Assembly: GCA_039028615.1 (NCBI GenBank)
Contig: JBCCHT010000062.1
Coordinates: 1 to 49,994 of the forward strand
Source of the DNA: Myxococcota bacterium
GTDB lineage: Bacteria; Myxococcota_A; Polyangia; Nannocystales; Nannocystaceae
Reading direction: 5' to 3'
DNA: 49,994 nucleotides
Positions within the stretch are counted from its first letter, which is position 1; the number at the start of each line of letters is the position of its first letter. Positions 28,664-37,503 of the stretch are shown piece by piece. The position numbers were made by a program, and so were the translations under genes. The notes beneath the pieces are model-generated. The model ran no database searches and had not been told where the DNA came from. It saw only the letters and a program-made list of their open reading frames with translations.

Positions 28664-28683
28664 CATGCGCCGCGGACGGTGGC

Positions 28684-28698
28684 GCCAATACGGTTGGC
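28684..28698. promoter_or_regulatory. Palindrome GCCAA-N5-TTGGC, candidate enhancer (UAS) for a sigma54 activator
   Basis: GCCAATACGGTTGGC about 55 bp upstream of the -24 element. Related site CGCCAACCAACCTGACA at 28649. Confidence 0.4.
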
Positions 28699-28751
28699 AG
28701 ATCGTCGTCCTAGAGGCTTGCAACCCCTCGAAAATCGCCAAATCGTCGTTT

Positions 28752-28767
28752 CGGAACAGCTCTTGCT
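28752..28767 (+). promoter_or_regulatory. sigma54 (-24/-12) promoter
   Basis: CGGAACAGCTCTTGCT: GG (28753-54), N10, GC (28765-66) with TTGC intact. Lies 26 bp before the ATG at 28793. Confidence 0.65.
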
Positions 28768-28792
28768 AATCTCTATGCCACCCGTGCTCACC

Positions 28793-29245
28793 ATGCCTCG
28801 CTCCATGCATCGTGCACTCGCCATCGGCGCGCTCCTCGGGATCGGGGCGTGCGCTGCTCATGACGTGGAACCCGCATTTCGCGCGTCGGTCCTGATCGAC
28901 GACCGCGGGATCTCCATCCCACTGCCGCCGCCGAGCCTGCACGCCGAGCCGACCCAAGAGGTCGAGGTCGAGGGTGAAGTGGTCGGGCTGGACGAGCTCG
29001 GCCAGGAGTTCGTCGTGCGCCTGGTCGACACGGTCGGCGGCGCGGAGATCGACGTCACCCTCCCGCCCGGCACCTCCACCTTCGTGGCCGAGGGCCTGCA
29101 GATCGATCTCACCTCGAACTGTATCGAGGTGTGGCTGGTCGACGACGAGGGCGACGAAGGGGAGCACCGCAGCTTCCAGGCCTCGATCGCCGAGTCGGGC
29201 TCCGAGGTCACCGCGACCGAGGTCGACAGCTGCGACGACCTCTGA
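28793..29245 (+). CDS. Small acidic lipoprotein, unknown function (beta-sandwich-like)
   Basis: Lipobox LGIGAC. Two further Cys residues (possible disulfide). Start 28793 or 28805. Confidence 0.7.
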   Translation: MPRSMHRALAIGALLGIGACAAHDVEPAFRASVLIDDRGISIPLPPPSLHAEPTQEVEVEGEVVGLDELGQEFVVRLVDTVGGAEIDVTLPPGTSTFVAEGLQIDLTSNCIEVWLVDDEGDEGEHRSFQASIAESGSEVTATEVDSCDDL

Positions 29246-29269
29246 GTCTCAACGACGTCGCACCAACCG

Positions 29270-29297
29270 AGAAGGGGACCAGCCGTGGTCCCCTTCT
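29270..29297. terminator. Stem-loop with 12-bp stem, probable terminator between convergent genes
   Basis: AGAAGGGGACCA-GCCG-TGGTCCCCTTCT followed by TTG. Confidence 0.65.
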
Positions 29298-29326
29298 TTG
29301 CGTTGGTTCGGGTGCTTCGAAACGAA

Positions 29327-29359
29327 GAAGCGCGAGCGGCAAGAGCCGGCTCGCGCTTC
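29327..29359 (-). terminator. Rho-independent terminator of the beta-barrel operon
   Basis: GAAGCGCGAGC...GCTCGCGCTTC 11-bp stem, followed on the minus strand by TTCGTTTC. Confidence 0.65.
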
Positions 29360-29385
29360 GGTTCGGAGGTGACTCCGAGGGGGGT

Positions 29386-30366
29386 CTACTTGCTGCGCTT
29401 GGCCTTGAACGGCATGTAGAACTTGGCACCGATCTGCAGCGTCACGTTGTGGAACACGTCGCGGTCGCCACGGTCCACCACCGGCGGGATGTCGTCGACG
29501 GTGGTGTTGAGGCCCGCGAGGTTGTTGCTCGTGACGATGTCCTGAACCTCGAGGTTCATGGCCACCCAGTCGGTGATGAACAGGTGGACACCACCACCGA
29601 AGGAGAAGCCGAGCTTCACGCCTTCGTCGGGGCTCACCGGGTGCAGCAGGCACTCGTTGTTCTGACCCGACACGGCCGAGGTGCAGTACATCTCGCTGGC
29701 GGGGTCGGTCTCGAGGCCGAGGCGGTCGGCGGTGCTCGACTCGTCGGTGTGCTTGTTCCAGCCCATGAGGCCGAGACCACCGAACAAGTAGATGTCGTAG
29801 TTGGTGAACGCGGCGGAGAACAGACCGAGCTTGCCCGAGAACGGGGTGAACACGGCGTCCACGCTCGCCTGCCACTGGGCGCGGGTGAGCCCGGCCTGGA
29901 AGTCGTGCAGCAGCGGAGCGGGGTTGTCCTGCTGGTTCAGGGGACGGCAGGGAGCGCCGCCGTTGGGCTCGGCCGGGCAGATGGGCCCGTTGGGCACGCT
30001 GGTGTCCTGCGAGCCGGGGGCGATGCCCGTGGGCAGACCGCCGCCGTTGATCGCTCGGAGCAGGGAGGAGTCGAGGTTGACGACGCCATACCCGAAGCCG
30101 GCACGAACACCGAGCCAATCGAAGAAGTCGAAGCGAGCGCGGGCGCCCGCGTAGCCCATGTGCACGAAGGGCTGCGACAGGCTCATGCCGACGTAGGGCG
30201 TGAGCTGGAACCGGTACTTGCGAAGCTGGATCTTCTTGCGAACGATGGGCTCGTTTTCCAGCACGCTCTTGCGCCCGCCCGCGGCCTCAGCCGAGGAGGA
30301 AGGGCCCAGGATCCAGGCGGCCGCCGCGAGGGCGGAGACAGTGAGAAGCTTTCGAGTCGTCTTCAT
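29386..30366 (-). CDS. Outer-membrane beta-barrel protein, TIGR04565-type (GltA/GltB-like)
   Basis: Signal peptide. IVRKKIQLRKYRFQLTPYVGMSLSQPF, FTPFSGKLGLF, DIYLFGGLG are characteristic. Cys-paired loops. Confidence 0.8.
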   Translation of the reverse strand: MKTTRKLLTVSALAAAAWILGPSSSAEAAGGRKSVLENEPIVRKKIQLRKYRFQLTPYVGMSLSQPFVHMGYAGARARFDFFDWLGVRAGFGYGVVNLDSSLLRAINGGGLPTGIAPGSQDTSVPNGPICPAEPNGGAPCRPLNQQDNPAPLLHDFQAGLTRAQWQASVDAVFTPFSGKLGLFSAAFTNYDIYLFGGLGLMGWNKHTDESSTADRLGLETDPASEMYCTSAVSGQNNECLLHPVSPDEGVKLGFSFGGGVHLFITDWVAMNLEVQDIVTSNNLAGLNTTVDDIPPVVDRGDRDVFHNVTLQIGAKFYMPFKAKRSK

Positions 30367-30378
30367 GTCGGGCCCGGC

Positions 30379-31416
30379 CTAACGAGGAGTCGTGTACTCG
30401 AAGGTGGTGGGGAAGAAGAAGCTCACCCCCAGAAAGAACGTGACGTTGTGCGCCAGCGTCGGGGTCGTGGCATCTCGGGCCGCGTCCGCCGGGTCGAGCT
30501 CCGGGAGGTCGACACCACCAACCGCGGTGTCGGGACCACGCTGGTCGGGCTCGAGCCGGTCGGCGAAGAGCCAGTAACGAACGCCGAGGTCGAACGCCAG
30601 GAAGTTCACCCGCGGGAGGTAGGTGCGCGAGTGGAAGCCCACCACGCCGCCGCCGGTGAAGTTGCTGAACGGATCGTGAATCGACTCGTAGCGGGGAATG
30701 ATGCGGGTCTGCATCACACCACCGCCGATCGAAGCGCCCGCCTCCCAGTGCAAGAGGGCACGATTGAAAATCGCGATCTTGCCGTACATGAAGTTGTACG
30801 TGAGGTTCAGGTTCGCCTGCCACAACACCTCGTTGGCGGTGAGGAGCAAGCCCTCCTGGCGCCGGATGTTGTCGTAGCGCGGGGTCTTGGCACCGATGAG
30901 ACCGGTACCGACCAGGCCGAGCCCGAGGCGGTTGGTGAGCCAGTAGTCCATCTCCACACCGATGGTGTAGTGGCGGACGTACGGGTCGTTGACCGTGATG
31001 CCAAACTGCGGCTGAAGCTCGAAGCGCTTCTTCTTCAGCATTCGCTGCCGCTGCACGACGGTGATGAGGCCCATCTCCGCCTTGATTTGGTCTTCTTCGC
31101 TGTTGGCGTCGACGGGCTCGTCCGTGGCCTCGGCCGCGGCATCGTCCTCACCCTCGTCGCCGAAGATGTCGAGGTCGTCGGTGCCTCCACCTTCGTCGTC
31201 GACGATGACTTCGTCGTCACCCCCGGGTTCCCCGCCTTCCATCTCGTCGTCGTCGATGATGACCAAGTCATCATCTTCGTCGTCCGCGGGTTGGTCGAAG
31301 TCGGTCGCGTTGGCGTGAACCGCCAATACCCCGGGTGGGGTCGCTGCTAGCGCGGTCACGGGGAAAGCCCCGAAGACCAAGAGGGCCGACAGCGGGCCGG
31401 TGAAGTTGCGTCGCAT
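30379..31416 (-). CDS. Outer-membrane beta-barrel protein, TIGR04565-type (GltA/GltB-like), with acidic N-terminal linker
   Basis: VVQRQRMLKKKRFELQPQFGITVNDPY, MYGKIAIFN, FLGVSFFFP. Start re-called to ATG 31416, with RBS GAGGTGAG. Confidence 0.82.
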   Translation of the reverse strand: MRRNFTGPLSALLVFGAFPVTALAATPPGVLAVHANATDFDQPADDEDDDLVIIDDDEMEGGEPGGDDEVIVDDEGGGTDDLDIFGDEGEDDAAAEATDEPVDANSEEDQIKAEMGLITVVQRQRMLKKKRFELQPQFGITVNDPYVRHYTIGVEMDYWLTNRLGLGLVGTGLIGAKTPRYDNIRRQEGLLLTANEVLWQANLNLTYNFMYGKIAIFNRALLHWEAGASIGGGVMQTRIIPRYESIHDPFSNFTGGGVVGFHSRTYLPRVNFLAFDLGVRYWLFADRLEPDQRGPDTAVGGVDLPELDPADAARDATTPTLAHNVTFFLGVSFFFPTTFEYTTPR

Positions 31417-31536
31417 GCTCACCTCAGAACGAGAGAGATTGAAGAGCCGGAGCGAAGGAGTGACTCGTCGCTTGAGTTGCGAGGTCATGGGGTGCTGTGC
31501 CGCGAAGGGGTACCTGTAGGGCACTTTGGCGAGGGG

Positions 31537-31566
31537 ACCGTATCACAGCGTTTAAGCGGCGCACAA
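31537..31566 (-). promoter_or_regulatory. Possible sigma70-type promoter for the beta-barrel operon
   Basis: Minus strand TTGTGC-N18-TACGGT with an extended -10 TG. Confidence 0.3.
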
Positions 31567-32055
31567 CAGGCCGGCATGAGTGGCCGTGGTCTCGTTGAGG
31601 GCCGATCATTTGTGTCGGAAAGCACCATGATTGCATGGCGTTGTCGATGGGCGCCCGAGTTCCCCGCGCTCGTGCGTGGCTGTCGTCTTAACCGCGTGTG
31701 CAGGCTCTTGTAAAGAGGCAACTGAGTTCCCGTTCGTGTGTCCGCATCGCGGAACGAGTTGTTCATGTGGGGAATGCCTTTGTGAAAGTCACACCGGTAC
31801 GTAGGGGCGACGTTTCCCGTGCATCGTCGGTCCACGTGAGGCATCCAGGTTCGGTTCCAGAGCCGTTCATTTTGCGCCACTGCGAAATTCGAGGCCCCAT
31901 GGGGCGGCAAGTGGTTGCACGGTGCGATGGCGAAACGGGGCGAGATGCCACGGTGGCCCTTGGATCGATCGGTCGATGAATGGCGTCGGGAGGCGGCAGC
32001 CATCGCTCGCATCGGCGACTGGCAGAAAAAAAACCACGGCGCGATCCGGCGATGC

Positions 32056-33351
32056 TCAGTCGCGGTCTCGATCGGTGAGCAGTGCGTCGGCGAAGTCCTC
32101 GGCGTTGAAGGAGCGCAGGTCGTCGATGCCCTCGCCGATGCCGACGTAGCGGATGGGGATGTGGAGCTCGTCGCAGATGCCGAGCACCACGCCACCTTTG
32201 GCAGTGCCGTCGAGCTTCGTCACCACCAGGCCGGTGAAGTCCATCGTCTCCTTGAACAGCTTGGCTTGCGACAGCGCGTTCTGGCCGATGGTGGCATCGA
32301 GCACGAGGAACGTGTCGTGGGCGGTGAGCTGCTGTGACTCGCGGCCCTTGGACAGCGCCTTGGCGGCGGCACGGCCCACTTTGCCGAGCTCGTCCATCAG
32401 CTCCTTGCGGGTCTGCAGTCGCCCCGCGGTGTCACAGAGCACGACGTCGAAGCCCTCTTTGCGGCCGCGCTGGATGCCTTCGAAGATCACCGACGAGGGG
32501 TCGGCCTTGTCGGCGCCGGAGTGAATCTCGCAGCCGACCCGGCGCGCCCATACGTCGAGCTGCTCGACCGCCGCCGCGCGGAAGGTGTCGCCCGCGACGA
32601 GAAGCACCTTGCGACCGGCCCGGCTGTGCTGGGCGGCGAGCTTGCCGAGCGTGGTCGTCTTGCCGACGCCGTTGACCCCGATCATGAGCAACACGTAGGG
32701 GCCGTGCTCGGGCGAGTAGTCGGGCGCGGGCGCCTCGATCTCGAGCAGCTCGAGCATCGCTTCGCGGATGACCGACCACACCGCGTCGGCGTCGGCGACC
32801 TCCTTGCGGTCGAGCACCTCGGTCACTCGCGATTGCAGCTTCTCCGCCGTGACCGCGCCGATGTCCGCGGTGAACAAGATTTCCTCGATCTCGTCCCGCA
32901 GGTCTTCGTCGACCTTGGGCTTGCCGCGGAAGACCCGGGAGAGCTTGGCGACGAAGCCTCCGCGGGTCTTGGCCAGGCCCTTGCGGTAGCGCTCGCGCTC
33001 GCGTTCCCGACGGGCCTGGGCGTCGCCGTCTTCTTCGACCTTGGGCTTGTCGACGGGCAGCGGCACGGCGCTGCGTGGGGCGGGCTCGGCGTCCGCCTGC
33101 GCGGCCTGGTCGGGGCCGTCGTCGCGGGTCTCGGCTTCGTCGGGCGCGACCGCATCGGGGTCGGCCGCTTCGTCGGCGGTGTCTCGATTGGCCGGCGGCC
33201 GCGGGACGTCGTCGTCACTGGCGGCCTCTTCGGGGGGCAGGGCCGGGGGCTCTTCCGTCGGTGGCAGAGCCTTTGGCTGGGAGCGCAGGACGAAGAACGC
33301 CACCCCGCCCAGGGCGACCACTACGAGCCCGATGATGATCTCGATGCCCAT
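32056..33351 (-). CDS. ftsY: SRP receptor FtsY with N-terminal transmembrane anchor and acidic linker
   Basis: GVNGVGKTTT, DTFRAAA, DTAGRLQ, TKLDGTAKGG, GIGEGIDDL. Confidence 0.96.
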   Translation of the reverse strand: MGIEIIIGLVVVALGGVAFFVLRSQPKALPPTEEPPALPPEEAASDDDVPRPPANRDTADEAADPDAVAPDEAETRDDGPDQAAQADAEPAPRSAVPLPVDKPKVEEDGDAQARRERERERYRKGLAKTRGGFVAKLSRVFRGKPKVDEDLRDEIEEILFTADIGAVTAEKLQSRVTEVLDRKEVADADAVWSVIREAMLELLEIEAPAPDYSPEHGPYVLLMIGVNGVGKTTTLGKLAAQHSRAGRKVLLVAGDTFRAAAVEQLDVWARRVGCEIHSGADKADPSSVIFEGIQRGRKEGFDVVLCDTAGRLQTRKELMDELGKVGRAAAKALSKGRESQQLTAHDTFLVLDATIGQNALSQAKLFKETMDFTGLVVTKLDGTAKGGVVLGICDELHIPIRYVGIGEGIDDLRSFNAEDFADALLTDRDRD

Positions 33352-33642
33352 CGAGGGGTGGAGTAATCGCCTCGGGAGGACCAGCGCAAGGGGGATCTCA
33401 TCGGAGATCTACGCCGAAGCGATCTCTGGCCGTAAAATGCGTGCAGATCCCCGTTCGGTGGATCTCTCGAGGGAACGGCCTGCACGTCATGCAGCGAGCC
33501 ATGGCGTTGCGAATCTGGAGATCAGCCGCTCGCCCCGGGGAGATCATGCGGGGCTTTTCGTCACCACGTCGAGGGTGATATCGGAGGGCAGTCGGTTGAT
33601 TCGATCTCCCTGTTGGATCTCGTCGACCCGATTTCGTTCATC

Positions 33643-36600
33643 ATGAAGCTCAAGAAGATCGAGGTCGTTGGCTTCAAGTCGTTTGCCGACCGCCAGCTCG
33701 TTGTCGTCGACGAGCACGTGACCGGTGTCATCGGTCCCAACGGCTGCGGCAAGTCGAACATCGTGGACGCGGTCCGCTGGTGCATGGGTGAGCAGAGCGC
33801 CAAGCACCTGCGCGGGTCCGGGATGGCCGATGTCATCTTCGCTGGTTGCGCGAGTCGCGGGCCGGGCGGGATGGCCGAGGTCACGCTCACATTCGAGAAC
33901 GATGGCAACGATCTCCCCGCGAGCGCCCTGGATCTGCCAGAGATCGCGATTACCCGCCGTTTGTTCGCGGACGGGACCTCCGAGTACCTCATCAATAAGG
34001 TCCCCAGCCGCCTCCGCGACATCACCGAGCTGCTGATGGGCACGGGCGCGGGCACCAAGGGCTACTCGATCATCGAGCAGGGCCAGGTTGGCAAGATCGT
34101 CAGCAGCAAGCCGGAGGAGCGCCGCCACCTCATCGACGAGGCGGCCGGGATCACCCGGTTCAAGTCCCAGAGGGCGGCCGCCCAGCGCAAGATCGAGGCC
34201 ACGCGCACCAACCTGCTGCGCGTGACCGACGTGGTCACCGAGCTCGAGGGGCGCCTGGGCACGCTACGACGACAGGCCCAGAAGGCCGAGCGATACAAGC
34301 GCTACCGCGAGGAGCTTCGCGACCTCGAGCTGTGGATCGCCAGCCACAAGATGCTGGAGCTGCTGTCGACGGGGGCCGTGCTCAACGAGCGTCGCGAAGA
34401 TCTATCGCAGCAAGTCGACGACCTGCGGGAGACCATCGCGGCCCGGGACACGCGGATCGAGGCCCAGCGCACCACGCTGGCGGAGACCGAGCGGCGGCTC
34501 AGCGAGCACCAGCAGCAGGTCTACGACTTCGACAACCGGGTGCGGCTGCTCGACGCCGAAGAGGACTACCGCAAGCGCGAGCGCGAGGGGCTCACGGCCA
34601 GCGCCGCCCAGGCACGGGCCGAGGCCGAGGCCGGCGAGCGCGGGCTCGAGGGGGTCGAGCAAGAGCTGGCCCAGGTCGCCGGAGAGATCGCAGAACTCGA
34701 GCGGGTGGGCGGGGCCAAGGGCCTGCGCGGGCGCGTGGACGCGCTCCAGGGCGAGCTGGAGACGGCGCAGAGCCGGCTCGATGCGCTGGCTCAGTCGGTC
34801 GATACGGCCCGAGACGCCCGGGATGCCGCCACCCAGCGGCTGGCCGCGGCCCGGGCCCGGCATGCATCGCTGCAAGAGACCACCGCCGAGCTCGATGCGC
34901 GGGCCGACCAGGCCGCTCAGGCGAGCGAGGCCCTGGGAACGCAGCATCAGGAGCTGAGCGAAGGGGCGGGCCAGGCCGACGAGGCCTTCGACGCCGCGGC
35001 CCGTAGCGTCGAGGCCCTGCAAGAGCACCGGGTGAAGCTCGATCGCGATCGCGCCAGCCTGCGCCAGCAGGTCTCGGCGGCCGAGGTGGAGCTCGACACG
35101 CAGCGGGCCGAGGTCCACCGCTGTCGCTCGCGGCTGCAGTCGCTGCAGGAGATCCAAAGCCGCTACCGGGGCTGCCAGAGCGGGGTCCAGGTGGTCATGG
35201 AGCACCAGGAGCAGCTCGCCGCGCCCCAGGCCGAGGCGGGGGCGGAGCTGGGGGCCGGGGCACCGAGCGAGGCACCGTCGTCATCCCCGGTGTTGGGCAT
35301 CTTGGCCGACTTCGTGTCTGCGCCCGAGCACCTCGAGGCCGCGGTCAGTGCCGTGCTGGGCGATCGCCTGGAGGGCATCGTGGTCGACGAGCCCGCCGCG
35401 GCCGCCCGCGGCGTCGACCTGCTCAAGCGCATGCAGGAGGGCCGCACGACCTTCTTGCCCAAGCAAGCGCGGGGCACCGAGGGCAGCGCCCGGGTCGAGG
35501 TGGAGCAGGCGCGGGGCTCGGCCCTGGGCTGGTCCCGCAACCCGGCAGCGCCCACGGGAGGCATCGAGGTCGTCGACCTCAGCGCCGACGCGCCGAGCAT
35601 CATCACCCCGGGTCTGCCGGCCCAGCCGGTGAGCTCGCGGCCTTCGATTACCCAGCGCTCGGGGGTCGTGGGGCGCCTGGCCGACCTGGTCGACGTGGCG
35701 GGGGAAATGGCTCCCATGGCGCGGGCGCTGCTGGGCGACACGCTGGTGGTCGATGACCTGCCGCGGGCGCTGGAGCTGTACTCCGAAGGCGAGGCGCGGC
35801 CGCCCATGGTCACCCTCGACGGTGATCGCGTAGAGCCGACCGGGGTCGTCATCGGTGGCTCGCCCACCGCTCTGGACTCGGCGCTGCTCCAGCAGAAGCG
35901 CGAGATTCGGGAGCTCGAGGAGATCCTGCGGCAGCTCGAAGAGACCTTCGAGGCCACGCGGGCCCGCCACCTGGCGCTGGCCCAGGAACTCGCCGAGGTC
36001 GAGCGGGCGCGCGAGCAGAGCGAAGCCGACGTGCTCCAGGCCGAAAAAGACAAGCTCGCGCGGGCCCAGGTCCGTCAGCAGCTTCGGACCGACCTGCAGC
36101 GCATCGCCGCCGAGCTCGATCGCCGCAGCAAGGAACGGGACACGCTGCGCACGATGGTCGCCACGCGGCGCGAGGAGATCGAGACCCTCGGCAGCCAGAT
36201 GGAGGCCGACGAGCGCGAGGCGACCGAGCAGGGTCGCGTGGTCGAAGAGGGCATGGCCGAGCGCCAGACCCATACCGAGGCCCGCGAGCGCCTCGGGGTC
36301 GAGCTCACCGAGGCCCGCGTCGCCCTGGCGCGCTGGCAGCAGCAAGCCGATGCTCTCGCCGCGACCCGCGATCGACTGAAGCGACAGGCGACCAGCGAGC
36401 GCGAGCGGATCACCCGGCTGCGTGGTGCGGCCGACGAGTCCGACGGCAAGGTCAAAGCCCTGAGCGAGGCGAGCGAGGCGGCGGCCACCGAGCGCGCCGA
36501 CCTGGTCGAGCGCAGCAAGACGGCCAGCGCCCTCGTGCACGACGATCGCGAGCAGTTCGACGAGCTGCGGGTGCAGGTCGACGAGCTCGAGGCCTCGCTC

Positions 36601-37437
36601 AAGACCCTGCGCGGCGACCTGGACGAGCACCGCGAGCGCCTGCAGCAGGTCGAGCTGGGCCTGCAAGAGATCGCGCTCGAGCGCCAGCACGTGGTCGAAG
36701 ACGTGCAGCAACGCTTCGACGTCGACCTCCAAGAGGTGCTGGTCGACCACCACCATCGGCCGCTGGCGGGCCCCGACACCATCACCCGCCGCAAGGACCT
36801 GCGACGAATCCTGTCGCGGATGGGCGAGGTGAACCTCACCGCCATCGACGAGTTCGAGGAAGTCTCGACCCGCTACGAGTACCTCACCGGGCAGCGCCAG
36901 GACCTCGAGTCCGCCATCGCGCAGCTCCAAGAGGCCATCGACCGCATCAACAAGACCACGCGGCAGCTGTTCCGTGAGACCTTCGATGCCGTCGACCAGC
37001 GCTTCCGCTTGCTGTTCCCGCGGCTATTCAACGGCGGTCGGGCGGAGCTGCAGCTCACCGACCCCTCGGACATGCTGTCCACGGGTGTGGAGATCGTGGC
37101 GCAGCCTCCGGGCAAGCAGCTGCGGAGCCTCGACCTGCTGTCGGGTGGCGAGAAGGCCCTGACCGCGGTCAGCCTCATCTTCGCCATCTTCCTCATCAAG
37201 CCGAGCCCGTTCTGCATCCTCGACGAGGTCGATGCCCCGCTCGACGACGCCAACGTCGGCCGCATGTGCAAGCTCGTCCGCGAGCTTTCGGGCAACACCC
37301 AGTTCATCGTGATCACCCACAACAAGGTGACCATGGAGAACTCGGACCGGCTCTACGGCGTGACCATGGAGCAGCGCGGCATCTCGAAGCTCGTGTCCGT
37401 GAACATGCGCCGCGCGGTCGAGCTGGCCTACAACTAG
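33643..37437 (+). CDS. smc: Chromosome segregation protein SMC
   Basis: GFKSF, GPNGCGKSN, IIEQG, long coiled coils, hinge GRTTFLP, LSGGEK, LDEVDAPLD, ITH. Start ATG 33643. Confidence 0.96.
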   Translation: MKLKKIEVVGFKSFADRQLVVVDEHVTGVIGPNGCGKSNIVDAVRWCMGEQSAKHLRGSGMADVIFAGCASRGPGGMAEVTLTFENDGNDLPASALDLPEIAITRRLFADGTSEYLINKVPSRLRDITELLMGTGAGTKGYSIIEQGQVGKIVSSKPEERRHLIDEAAGITRFKSQRAAAQRKIEATRTNLLRVTDVVTELEGRLGTLRRQAQKAERYKRYREELRDLELWIASHKMLELLSTGAVLNERREDLSQQVDDLRETIAARDTRIEAQRTTLAETERRLSEHQQQVYDFDNRVRLLDAEEDYRKREREGLTASAAQARAEAEAGERGLEGVEQELAQVAGEIAELERVGGAKGLRGRVDALQGELETAQSRLDALAQSVDTARDARDAATQRLAAARARHASLQETTAELDARADQAAQASEALGTQHQELSEGAGQADEAFDAAARSVEALQEHRVKLDRDRASLRQQVSAAEVELDTQRAEVHRCRSRLQSLQEIQSRYRGCQSGVQVVMEHQEQLAAPQAEAGAELGAGAPSEAPSSSPVLGILADFVSAPEHLEAAVSAVLGDRLEGIVVDEPAAAARGVDLLKRMQEGRTTFLPKQARGTEGSARVEVEQARGSALGWSRNPAAPTGGIEVVDLSADAPSIITPGLPAQPVSSRPSITQRSGVVGRLADLVDVAGEMAPMARALLGDTLVVDDLPRALELYSEGEARPPMVTLDGDRVEPTGVVIGGSPTALDSALLQQKREIRELEEILRQLEETFEATRARHLALAQELAEVERAREQSEADVLQAEKDKLARAQVRQQLRTDLQRIAAELDRRSKERDTLRTMVATRREEIETLGSQMEADEREATEQGRVVEEGMAERQTHTEARERLGVELTEARVALARWQQQADALAATRDRLKRQATSERERITRLRGAADESDGKVKALSEASEAAATERADLVERSKTASALVHDDREQFDELRVQVDELEASLKTLRGDLDEHRERLQQVELGLQEIALERQHVVEDVQQRFDVDLQEVLVDHHHRPLAGPDTITRRKDLRRILSRMGEVNLTAIDEFEEVSTRYEYLTGQRQDLESAIAQLQEAIDRINKTTRQLFRETFDAVDQRFRLLFPRLFNGGRAELQLTDPSDMLSTGVEIVAQPPGKQLRSLDLLSGGEKALTAVSLIFAIFLIKPSPFCILDEVDAPLDDANVGRMCKLVRELSGNTQFIVITHNKVTMENSDRLYGVTMEQRGISKLVSVNMRRAVELAYN

Positions 37438-37454
37438 CGCTGGCCCCCAATTGA

Positions 37455-37482
37455 CGACGCCCCGGCCGAGGCCAGGGCGTCG
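37455..37482. terminator. GC-rich hairpin between convergent smc and lipoprotein genes
   Basis: CGACGCCC-C-GGC-CGAG-GCC-A-GGGCGTCG; the mismatch is a G-U pair on the minus strand. Confidence 0.5.
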
Positions 37483-37503
37483 AGGAGGGCAGAGGCGTTT
37501 CGC

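Noticed and set aside
31781..31793. CRP/FNR site TGTGA...TCACA
   Set aside because: Spacer is 3 nt, not 6. Kept only as an unassigned palindrome.
31417..32055. SRP RNA, 6S RNA or c-di-GMP riboswitch downstream of ftsY
   Set aside because: No CAGG...GGAA...AGCAG SRP core, no long 6S-like rod and no GEMM motif could be identified by eye.
33352..33642. oriC, suggested by the GATC cluster
   Set aside because: No DnaA boxes (TTATCCACA) and no AT-rich unwinding element.
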